From contig OZ287697.1 of assembly GCA_965649825.1 (NCBI GenBank), forward strand, positions 645,635 to 709,634: a stretch of 64,000 bases of DNA. The letters run 5' to 3'. Positions 39,954-50,924 of this stretch are shown here, piece after piece. Made by a program: the position numbers and the translations under genes. The notes beneath the pieces were generated by a model. The model was not told the origin of the DNA and did not search any database. It saw nothing but the letters and a program-made list of their open reading frames with translations. The stretch is from Penicillus capitatus. Taxonomy: Eukaryota > Plantae > Chlorophyta. Numbering within the stretch: the first letter of the stretch is position 1; each line of letters opens with the position of its first letter.

Positions 39954-40826
39954 TACGTGTTGAATGGAAAACTGGGCCAGCTGAGAAAGGGACAGATCGA
40001 ATTCATGAAAAGCCTGCCATCCGGAGACTACATGATCCAGGTTGATTAGAACGATCTTGAATAGCTAAGAAAAAAACACTTCCCAGAAGCAGACTTTGAG
40101 ATTTGCGGAACATGGATACCAAAACCATCACATTTTGAAATAAGCATACCATCCGTTATGATTGAGGGGCAGATTAGTCGCTGACTTATCACGGAATCAT
40201 ACATGAAGTTAAGTTAAACGCAAAGATGTCTATTTACCCCGGACAAGAGACGGGAAAGCCTCTCTCACGTTTGTACGATTCCACCGAAAATCGAATCTTA
40301 GCAAAACTTAGGCCAATCGAGAATTGTCATGCCCTCACCGATTAAACGAGGATATCCTCCACCGACAAGGAATGTTCATTGGCACACTTCCAGTGTACGC
40401 ATGACGATTTGTTCATTACCACGCAATCCGAAACGCAACCCTCTGCCGCCACCCATCCATTTACGAAATCTTAGTTAAAAAGGAACTGAACCCCAAGACT
40501 GTTAAGGTATTAATCGAGATGTGCAAGGAGAAGAATGAGAAACGGAAACTGACGAACTCCACTTAGAGCACTCACTGGCAGCGTCAAAGTTTAGACGTGT
40601 GTATGAAAGAATTTCTTTGCTGAAAAGTTACTCCATCGAAACGCGGCCATACAGAAACTCCGACGATCCGACCGCGGAATCACAACGAGACCTTGTACAA
40701 CATGATGATTTGCGGTCACTTGCACGAGGGAAAGACGCTTTTTCCAAATTAGAAGAACAAACGTCACAGGACAGATTGTGGCTTCAAGAACCTGAAAGGA
40801 GACTGGAGAAAACACAACCATGTTAA
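39954..40826 (+). pseudogene. Decayed intronless reading frame of unknown origin
   Basis: Protein-like frame YVLNGKLGQLRKGQIEFMKSLPSGDYMIQVD*NDLE*LRKKHFPEADFEI is interrupted by TAG, TAG and TGA, then continues after frameshifts (EDILHRQGMFIGTLPVY, ELNPKTVKVLIEMC). Confidence 0.4.
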
Positions 40827-42584
40827 AACCAGGAACGCATGTTCGCGCTGTGTCGTGTTAACGAAGGTATAGAACCGCTGCTTTTTCCGTTATTGAATTA
40901 ACAAACAGCGTGAGGAATCACTTCATAATCTTACCGAGTCTTAAATCTAGTGAGCCATGCAAAAGCTAGTTCGGATGACATCACAAGTCGGTAAACAAAG
41001 AATATAATGTTAAGAGGCAGAGTCATACTCTATCAAGTAGAATTGCCCCGGTGGTTTTGGCATTTAGTTTCGTAAAATCGCATCGTCAAAAACAATTATC
41101 TGTACTACGTGTCTCCATTGTTAACAAGTTTCTGAAGGTATCGACTCTTGATCTTTTGAATTTGTTGACCATTTTATTACATGAAGTCTCTTATCAAAAA
41201 GCTTTCGAAAAACAAATCATTGGTTTTATCGACTAACGACATTTGCTTGGAAGGACTGATCGCTTCTGCGTAAACTGCAATGGCCGTCTTTACGAGATGC
41301 ATGTGCTCTTTCGGAGGTTTAGACAAAGTCCAATTTCCTCTGTGGATTTTGCGCCGAGTGCATCCACGGGCAATTATCGTTACAACTCATCGATTGTTGG
41401 CGGCTTCAAATTTATGGAACACTTCTGATGGATGAGATGGCTGTTTATTCCAAAGACTGGCTAGCTAGAATACCGATGATCGTCTAAGTTAGAGATCGAC
41501 ATGTTTTCGTTGTATTCGATCAGTTTTCCTTTATGGAGTGAAACGTGTAATTTCCAAATAGTCTTATGGAAAGAAAGCCTTGTGTAGTCATTTCGTAAAG
41601 GCTACAATGTTTGCGTATTTTGATAGAAAACAGAGCTGTTTGCACGCGACAAACACGGACAAAGGTAAGAGTGTATTCTGATCTAATTGTAATTGGATAT
41701 ACAAGGTGTTTTCTTGGTTAATATAACTCGAAAGGATTGCGTTGGATGGTTAATACAAGCAACTGCGGTACGTTCGACAAGTCTAGGGTAATATTCAAAC
41801 GTCGTGAAGCCCATCAGATTGTTCGCGATGACGCAATCGTCAAGCAATGACGATTTCTTTTATGACACTAGGACGACTCTGGGAGTTCGCAGAACACATA
41901 ACCAAGCCAAGTTCTGATTGGTTGGATGCATTGTGTTTTTGTGCAGTGCGAAACAACACTGCACTTTCTGTTGGTGACCTTTGCATGTTCAATTGCCGAT
42001 TACACCGGAGACTCGACTTTTGCAGAACAAACCGTTGGTTCCCTTCTCTCATCGACTCACAGTTTCTATTGTAGGTTACGACAGGCGAGCTGTTACCAAC
42101 TTTCGGTATCTGTAACGACACAAGACGGATGAATTTTCTACCTTTCCTGCGTCTGAAGGGTCCTCCCTCCAGTTTTCATCGTATCCACAAAGAGCGACGA
42201 TCTTCATACCCAGTTGAAAAGTTGAGATCACTCATTCTTCACCGCAGAGGCATGTGGATAGCAGCTTCATCAGAACGAAGTTTTCTGGTGGGGATTACTC
42301 ACGCAAAGGGGAACAACCGTGGAACGATGTTTCAGGACACGTCTCGAAGGTATTCTTTTCTGGGGACTGGGATGGAACTACGCCATGATATTATTAATTC
42401 TACAGCACGATACATGCAAACCCCTCATCTTCGACAGCGACACAATTAGATGTGAGAGGCTGTGCACTTGTCACCACAACAATTCCCGGATGCAGGTGCA
42501 GAGAATACATAGACATCGATGGAAACAGAACTAACTGTCAGTGACTATGTGTCATAGGGGCACCACTGTTACAGAAAATTAAAT

Positions 42585-43553
42585 TCATTGACTTATTCTG
42601 TTCAACACATCCACAAAAGATTCCGGTAAGAGAGAAAGATGCCAATAAAGCCACAAGGCGTCATAACCGATAAGAATGCGCGTGGCTGGATAACGGCAAA
42701 GAAGAGCATCACGAACACCGTGGACGACTCGAATGGGATCACCAGCCATGCGCCTATACTCCTTCGCTTTTTCTTCGTACGCAAAAGGATCTCTAGGGTA
42801 ACGTTTGCGGACATCGGATGTCGCTCTGTCGCATCTCTCTTTGACTGTTGGTCGACGCTCTTCGGAGTCCAAGATGGGTGTGTTGAAGAATCCAGGAATA
42901 ATCTTAATAACACGGATACCCGAGAAGGCTAATTCGCGCCTCAGACAAGTGAAGAATGCGTCCTGTGCGCTTTTGGAAGCAGAATAGGCGGAGAACATTG
43001 GAGCCGGTATGAGAGATGAGCAGCTCGTGATAGCAACGATTCTGCCTCCGGGCTGATCCATCAAGGGGAGGAACTTCTTGGTCACGCGCACGGACCCAAG
43101 GAAATTGATGTCCATCACTCTTTCGTACTCCGACATCTTCGTCATCTCGACATAAAACCCCGCAAAGATACCAGCGTTGTTGATGACGGCGTAGAGGCTC
43201 TTCTGTTCCTTCTCTAAGAACGTCTTGACGACGTTATAGGCGGCCTGGATCTGCGTTTCGTTAGTGACGTCCAGAGGGAGCGTCGTCACTCGTCCCTTTC
43301 CAGTGGCCTCGGCCATGAGCCTCTCAGAACCTTCTTTTGTGAGACAGCCGGCGAACACATGTGCTCCCTCTTCACAGTACCTGAGGGCCATCAGCCGACC
43401 GAACCCGGTGTCGCATCCAGTTATCAGCAGTGTCCTTCCGGACAACGTGCCATGGTACTTTCGGAGACACCGCTGCAATACGAACGTCGTCAGAATAACG
43501 CACAACGTAAACAGAAGATACATGAAACACGTTGTGTATCGCGTTCTTGTCAA
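42585..43553 (-). CDS. Intronless short-chain dehydrogenase/reductase, SDR9C (retinol/hydroxysteroid dehydrogenase)-like
   Basis: N-terminal TM segment, LLITGCDTGFG, LDVT, VINNAG, INFLG, YSASK, IIPGFF in one uninterrupted 322-codon ORF. Confidence 0.93.
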   Translation of the reverse strand: MTRTRYTTCFMYLLFTLCVILTTFVLQRCLRKYHGTLSGRTLLITGCDTGFGRLMALRYCEEGAHVFAGCLTKEGSERLMAEATGKGRVTTLPLDVTNETQIQAAYNVVKTFLEKEQKSLYAVINNAGIFAGFYVEMTKMSEYERVMDINFLGSVRVTKKFLPLMDQPGGRIVAITSCSSLIPAPMFSAYSASKSAQDAFFTCLRRELAFSGIRVIKIIPGFFNTPILDSEERRPTVKERCDRATSDVRKRYPRDPFAYEEKAKEYRRMAGDPIRVVHGVRDALLCRYPATRILIGYDALWLYWHLSLLPESFVDVLNRISQ

Positions 43554-44697
43554 ACAAACACACCCGCCCTAACGCGAACGATCTTACGGCCAGAGATCGA
43601 GATAAGTATCGTTATCCCACTTCTGTACCGTTGATGGTGACGTTGTGTTCAGAACAACAACCGCCAACCACACAGTTCCAGCCTCAAATGAAGAGATGTG
43701 GAAATTTCTTGTTACACCGGAGATGGACGAGGCAACATCAACCAGGTCTTTCATCTTGGCCTTCACCTTTATCGAGTCTGCTAAGAAAGACTGCTGCAAC
43801 TGTCAGATGTAAATGGATGGATACGTGTTAACTGTCAAGTAACTATTTCCTTCCAGAATTGACATAGTCCAGGAAGACAGCAGAATTGTGACGAAAACAA
43901 ATGTTCCTCTCTACACGCACGACAAATACGAAATACTATGCTGGTTGCTTTGGATCCAGTCTGCCCAGGATGAGAGCAAGGATCACTGCCAGCACCATTT
44001 TCATAAAGCATACGTCGTTTCCCATTCAGGCTCCCACCTCCCGTCTCCTTCGTATGCGTTGTCATTAAGATGGCGACCACTCTATTCACTAGATCTACAA
44101 GCCTTGAATTCCTTTTTCGAATGACCAAGTAGTCATTCACGACGGTGACGGCGCAGAGACTGTTGACAATCCTCCTGACGTTGGCCTAGGGCCCTCCTTT
44201 AAGCTGCAATGCTGTCTGTGTAAATTGCATGTAGCAGAAAAGAAGGGGGAATCGTTTGTAATTAGCAAAGCTGTTGGATAGGGAGTCGGATCCTTTTACT
44301 CGGTTTCCCGTCGCAGAAAATCTTGGTTTGTTGTTTCTTTCTCAGGAAACATTTTGCGGGTCCGTCGTGATCGGAAAATCTCCATTGGATCCTTATCTAC
44401 CTTCTCGCATTGAATGCAATCTGTTTGGCGTCCACGTCCAGTCCATGCTTCGCTGTGCAACATAAGGCAAAAAACCAGTTCAGGATGGATCTCTGTCGAG
44501 GTGTGCAGTTCGGGATTGTGTCCTTCGTTTCCTTGACTCGTCTTCGATCTGCGGAAAACCGCCGAATTCGCGAGCGCGTTTCATCTCGAGGCGCGTCAGC
44601 TGGTCGTCAACCTTCCACGGGGTCGATGAAAGGACGGTAAGACGCACGTTCGCTATCGCCATTATGCGGCAAGCTCTGCCTATATCACCCTGAAAGG

Positions 44698-45856
44698 CAA
44701 AGGGTTCACAACCTCGAGAAAACAGAGTGCGGCACGTCCTGCGGACCTGACCTGCGTGAAGCGACGTTTGACCCGCTTCTGGCCGACGTCAGACTGTCGT
44801 GGAGGGAATGGAGCGTTCTGATTGGCAGAGAGCGGAGTCGAATTGTTCCAGACGTCACCTCGGCTGCAAAACGGATATAAAATGCGCGACGCCGTACCCA
44901 TTTCCGCATTTCCTGTTTTGTTTTACTCTGCGCAGGTTTCCGAAGCGCATGCTTCAGGTACGGTCCGCCTGCATTATCGACGCTGAGCTGACTCGGCGTC
45001 GTAAACGCGCAGTTCTTTTCCGCAGGTGCGCGCCGAAGGACAGGTCCCCCGAAGACTCCAACACTCAAAGGTTCGTCCGTTCGCGTTCTCCTGTGTGTCT
45101 GCCCACCTAGGTACGGCCTCGACCACGTGGAATTTCTGCGGCGTCGACCGATGCCGCGTCGAGCGGTTTCGGCCCCTCGGCCGCGGCTAAAGCGGCGCTC
45201 GACGCGACGTCGGTCGATCGACACCGCGTCGAGCGGTCTATGCCCCTCGGCCGCGGCTAAAGCGGCGCTCGACGCGGTGGCGATCAAACGCCATCTCTCC
45301 TCTTACCCAGGTCTCTCGAAACCGGAGCCGGTTTCGAGATGCACCTAATTTTTGTCTGCGGTCTATCCGCCAGATGGGCGCCGCGCGGCTGCACAGATCC
45401 TGTTCGGCCGCGCGACGCCCATCTGGGTGATACTCCGGGACAAAAATCTTCTCTATTGGTTACCGACTTGTCTTTCTTTGCAGCCGATCCTTACAGAGTG
45501 CAATAGGTTCGCTACCACATCGCTTCCGCTGTCTCCTGTATAACATTCGCTCGTGTCAGCTGCAATACACGAACGATCCCGCGAAGATATTCGCATCCTT
45601 CAGTGCCACAATCTGTGGACCGTATGAAGGCCGAGAGGCCTCGTCACCTTGCGGTTGTTCAGTGCTGTAAAGACATGTCTCCTTCCGTGTGAAGGCGACT
45701 GAGCAGTGGTCCTGCCAAAAAACAAGAGGTGACGGTCCAGGACAGTGTTCTCTGTTAAGAGGGCAATGACAGGCGTGCCGTCGTTTCCACTTTACACAAC
45801 TTCTGGCGAAACGGCATGGTTTTCCATCGCTGACAGCTGCATCATCTAAGTTCTGT
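44698..45856 (+). repeat. Copy 2 of the 1.16-kb hairpin-rich direct repeat
   Basis: Colinear with 37858-39015. All hairpins are retained. Confidence 0.95.
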
Positions 45857-46320
45857 CCCCGAGAGTGCACGACGGAGATTCGATCGTCCAGACAATCGGA
45901 CGACCTCCACTCGGCTATCAGACAGACTGCGTTTGTACAATGCCCAGATCGGGGCCTACAGGGTGCCTGGCTGCACTGTCAACATACATTCTCTCCCATG
46001 AAACGATACTCCGCTCATAATCTCACGAGACCTGATCGCAGACCGCCTTGAAAGCTACCAGAGTGGCGGTGCTTTCCCGTTTTGCTGTTGCACTCTATCG
46101 TCTCTTTGGTAGCACCGATCTGAAACCGAGAGGGATGAGAATCGGGTAGAGCATCCGACAGCTGTTCGAGAGACGCGTACCGACATGTTCTGTACGCTGT
46201 GTCACCTTCCAAAAGCTCTTTTACAAATTTTGTCATTCTTGCACAGATGGGTCCATCCATTTCTATCAACGTCGTCGCCGCCGCTCTCCGCAGCGTTGTC
46301 TGAGCGATCGTTGTGGTACA

Positions 46321-47231
46321 ATGGGTGCGTAGCTCTTCCTTTAGGGCATCGCGTGTAGCTGCTTTATGGCCCATTTTCGTTCTAGGCATCACACGCGGGA
46401 CACTGCACAAACGCAAAGCGACGGGAGGCCGCAAGAAAGCGTGGAGAAAGAAAAAGAAGTAACGCTGATTCGGCATCCTTCCTTCGAACTGCCAGATCGC
46501 TGCCTCCAGATACGACATGGGACGACCTTCCGCCAGCACGAAGCTCTCCTCCAACGTCGAGGTGCGCCGCGTTCGAGCACGCGGAAGACTGATCAAACGC
46601 AGAGCCCTTCGCCTCGACTCCGGCTGCTTTGCCTGGCCCTCGGAGGTCACATCATCTCACATCCTCACATCTCCCTTCCATCGGTCGACCCGTGCAGGCA
46701 TGCACCAGGAAGACACGCATCATGGATGTTGTCTATCATCCCAACAGTAATGAACTGGTGAGCGCGGGCAGATCAAGAAGGGCGAAAACCGTGAGCGGCA
46801 GGTGCGGACGAAATCTCTGACGAAGTCTGTGGTGGTCCAAGTGGATGCCAATCCCTTCAAACAGTGGTACCAAAAGCATTACGGCGTGGAAGTTGGCGTG
46901 AAGGGCAAAGACGATGGGACGTCCGAAAACCTGCCAAACTTTGAAAGCATGAAAGACGTGCCGATGCTCCACATCCGTCCACGAGGACGCGAACTCTGTC
47001 GTTTGCTAGGTTTCGGAAGAGCAGATCAAAGAGATGAAAAGCCATCTGGCAGCGAGGAGGGCACTGGATGCGCGAGTGGCCGAGCAAATGATCACCGGTC
47101 GCTTGATGGCAATCGTCGCATCGCGCCCTGGTCAGATAGGAAGAGCGGATGGATACGTCCTGGAAGGCAAAGAGCTCGAGTTCTACATCAAGAAGTCCGC
47201 CAAGAAGAAGGGAAAGGCAGCAGCCGAATGA
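46321..47231 (+). CDS. RPS8: 40S ribosomal protein S8 (eS8), divergent, 5 introns
   Basis: ATG G|..[67 protein letters not shown]. Confidence 0.93.
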
Positions 47232-47290
47232 CAGAAACGCTGTACGATGCTTCTGTTTAAAACGGAGGCGCCTCCACGGCCCACTGCCCC

Positions 47291-48430
47291 TCAGAACGCT
47301 CGGAATGCGTTCTCCGCTTCTTCAGCGTCCAACGGCTCTCCCGTTTCCGACGTGGATTCCTTGTAGCTGTCGAAGTAGCTTGTGTCGTTGGCCGTCTTGA
47401 TCTTCGGAACAATCGGAGCACGCATCGTCCCTGCACCCCATCGACCTCTGTCCACACTGTCCTCCCCTGACGTATCCCTCACCGTTGGCAAGCGCGTTCC
47501 AGTCGAAGCCCTTGAAGAATCGGTGCTTCTTGATGTCGTCCACGCCGTTGTACAGGTTTCCGATGCGTTTGCTCTGATCTCCGTTGAGCAGCTTTCTTAT
47601 CAAGTCCTGAAGACACCCGTCGTCGACGTGTGCCCACGTCTGTGATGTCTGTGTGCCTTGGCCCACGGATCCATCGCTTTTGGATAGACGACGCGGCCGT
47701 CGAGGATCTGTTGGTAGACCACAAAAGGATTGTCGTCGCTGAAAGGAGGATAGCCCTCGAGCAGCTCGTAGAAGAGCACACCGAGACTCCAGAAATCCAC
47801 AGCGACGCCATGACCGCGACTCTGAATCACTTCCGGCGCCAAGTACTCGGGAGTCCCGCACAGCGTCCACGTTCTACGGGGAATAATGCGAGGATCTTCG
47901 ACAGCATCGCCACAGCGTGTGACACACCTCTCGCTCACTTTCTTCGCAAACCCGAAATCTGTCAGCTTAGCATAGCCGTTCTTGTCCAGCATTACGTTTT
48001 CAGGTTTGAGATCTCAATAGGCCACGTTGTGTGCGTGCAGTTCTTCCAGGATCAACGTCAGGCAGGCGATGTAGAAACGCACGATCGCCACCGAAAAGCG
48101 TCCAGCGCGTTGCAAATGAAAAAAGAGCTCGCCGCCAGGCACATACTCGAGAACCATGTAGATATGCGACCTGTCCTGGAACGCTCCAGCCCTGCACACA
48201 TGTTGCGTCGCCGCTGAGAATGCGAATGGGAGACAGACAGATTGGCAATGCGTGGATGCTGGATGTCCTGCAGAACAGCCCTTTCGCTGAGGATATGCTC
48301 CACTTGTTTGCGCTTGAGCAGAAGCGATTTCTTCATGATTTTCAAGGCAAAGAATTGCCCATCGCGTTTGTCTCTCACAAGCCGGACACGCACACAAGAA
48401 TCTATGAATAGAGCAACTGCTTTTACACTA
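47291..48430 (-). pseudogene. PKA/PRKX-like kinase with an in-frame TGA in the YRD motif and no intact Gly-loop
   Basis: FALK, EYVPGGELF, AY*DLKPEN (TGA at 48014-48016), [36 protein letters not shown]. Confidence 0.85.
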
Positions 48431-48830
48431 ATGGTGTCTATAAACAAAATGTCGACTTTCTCTGAATAGATGGGATGTTTCAGATTAGGGATCGTCGTCT
48501 GAGTTCCTTCGCACAACTTTCACAGACACGCTTGTGTGACCTGGCGAAGCAGAACAGTCTCGCCCAGAGAGTGAGCGTTTTAACAAAAGAGATCCGCACG
48601 CTGATTTGTGAAGATATACTGAAGTTTGAGGAGCAGAAAGACAAAAAGCACAGTTGCCAATGCCTTCCGACTCTCCCGCCTCAGCCGCAGACGGTTGAGA
48701 ACACTTCTTTTGCTCTTTTGACTCCTCCTCTTCACTCGCAGAGGATGAGTGCGAATATCTTCGCTGCCTTTGGCGATTCTGTCCTCGCGAACCGCGATGA
48801 TGCTCTTGTTTATCGGACATCCTTGACATA
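48430..48830 (-). pseudogene. Broken C3HC4-type RING domain, paralogous to the RING at 61692-61930
   Basis: CAFCLSAPQTSVYLH|SHKRVCESCAKEL against CVICLSAPQTSGFVH|SHRCVCEDCARRL, with the same phase-2 intron. A frameshift follows, and the last CxxC reads HPIY. Confidence 0.7.
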
Positions 48831-49532
48831 ACGGTCCAAGCAATCACACACACCGTCATGGCTGGTAGCCATAAAGGAACTGGCGACGAGAAAGAGAATG
48901 GGAACATGAAGGATCGAGACGGTTGCACACGGAAATTCGATAACGTTCCAATATTGCTTTCCGGTAAGAGTCTATGAAAAGACAGGGTGTTTGAGTATGC
49001 TGCCTCGAAGAATCCTCGAAACAACCAAACGAAAGAGGGCGACAACGGCTTCCGAGGTTTCTGGCGTTGTACTTAAGAACCCTCGGACAGTCTGTCAATG
49101 TCACTCACGTCAGGCGTCCTATCCACACCGTCGTCGTCGACGACAACGATGTGACGATGAATCCGGAGGGCCTTCGTCTCAGAACCTCGGCATCGATGTC
49201 AAACAGACGTTTTCATATTTGGATATTGGTGTCGCAGCGAGGTTGTCAGCCAGGTATCCCGCGTAGATTTTTGAGAATGGCAACAAATCACCAAGGTCGA
49301 AAACTGACGCCGTTCAACAGATCTCCACTTCATCCGCCAACTAAACTCCGTCGACATGCGATTCTCTTTTGTACATAAGACTGTTGCCGGATCGCTGTGA
49401 GAGAGGACAGAGTGCGGCTAAGCAAAACGTCTTCCAAAGACAACGAGTATAATGCTTCACATCCGCAATTGCTAACGATCTGTGTTGTTGATCCTCACAA
49501 TGTTCGTTGTCCTTCTCGCGACGCGAGAGATA

Positions 49533-49720
49533 TGGAGAAGACTTCGTACGACTTACACAAAATCCCATCGCCTCCCGAGAACTGGCTCTTCGGTCACACC
49601 TTGAAATTCGTGTATGGGAACGCAGCAAACCAAATTTCTCAGTGGGCGCGAAAACAACATGAATAACTCGGCCAATCCAAAATCATGAACATGCGAATTC
49701 TTCATAAACGCTTTCAGATC
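49533..49720 (+). pseudogene. Cytochrome P450 N-terminal fragment
   Basis: IPSPPENWLFGHTLKF..ISQWARKQHE*LGQSKIMNMRIL resembles the Pro-rich hinge/A-helix region. It has an in-frame TAA, and no downstream P450 motifs were seen. Confidence 0.45.
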
Positions 49721-50924
49721 TGTCTTCATGCGACGCCGCTCTTGTTGGCCATGGATGAAGCCATCAGCAAAGAGAGCATGAGAATCGCTCACATACATAC
49801 TCGCAGTGACTTTTTATCGTATGGCGATAATGGACACCGTGCTTGCGGGATACAGAATTCCGAAAGGGACCCTTGTCTTCACGCCTGGCAATCATACCTT
49901 CGCTGTCAAAGAGGATTGGGGCGATCCAGACGTTCTCCGTCCAGAAAGATAACTTACGGGAGGGGACATGTCGGTTAAGTACAATCTGGGTTTTCTCATA
50001 GGTCCAAGGGACTACCGGACAGCGATTGTCGATTTGTTGAATGAATATCGCCCAGGCCTGAGTCAAAGAGAGATCTCACTCTTCATGCAGCGAAATTTTC
50101 GTCGGACAGGCTAGACAGCTATTTTCTGCCTTTGTTTCTCAGACGGTGGCGTTGATTGTACAGAGTTTCGTCTTTTTGTAACGGTGAAGTGGGAATCGTC
50201 ATCTTGCAATCTCTACGCGATTCCGAAGGCCACACGCCCGTGGTGCGAGCGCCGTGGAAGAGCAACATGTTTAGCTCTAGTGCGTAACTGACACCTACCT
50301 CCATCCACCATCTAGCTGGCTTCCCCTTCGAGTATCCGCACTCGATTTTTTCCTTCAGTTGCCATGAACACCGGACAAGTAAGACACCGCCACCAGGTAG
50401 ATCATTATGCACCTCTGGCTTTTTCGCAATTTCCCTCGACGCGTCGTTGACGTCATCAGAGGGTAATCCGCCAGCGTCATTACCGATGGGTTGGAGTTTC
50501 CTCATCGTTTCCGTTCAGTCAAAACTCCCAGGTCGCCACGCGTCCCCCGCGTGAAAACTTTTGTTCTACTCTGTTAGCGACGTAACGCCACTGACGCCTT
50601 CTGTTTTTTCGCGCTGAACATCCCAAAGCTTGTTGAAAAAGAAGCCGCTTTTCCTGTCGATTCAACACTGAGTTGTACTCGTCGTACCGTGTAAGATGTG
50701 CTTCTCGAAGAAGGATATCCATAACTTCTCTATTCCGCTGCTTCTCCTCGCAGCGCTCGTCGTCTCCATTCGAGGGCAGAATATAGGTAAGCCACGCACT
50801 CATACACAACGCATTTTTCTTTCCTACAACGTCAACAGATAAATCGCTTGACGCTAAAATTCGTCCGCACGAAAAAAGAAAAACAAAATTCTTTGGCGCG
50901 TTTTTTGGCATTTCGACGTTGCTC

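Noticed and set aside
40047-40064. TAG-as-Gln alternative genetic code (known in some ulvophytes) to explain in-frame TAGs
   Set aside because: Conserved genes here end in TAA or TAG (CysRS, OHP2, RPP40, HAD) and have no internal TAR codons.
46015-46270. Minus-strand ORF divergent from RPS8 (MDGPICARMTKFVKELLEG...)
   Set aside because: No family recognised, and no consistent spliced model could be built into the adjacent repeat.
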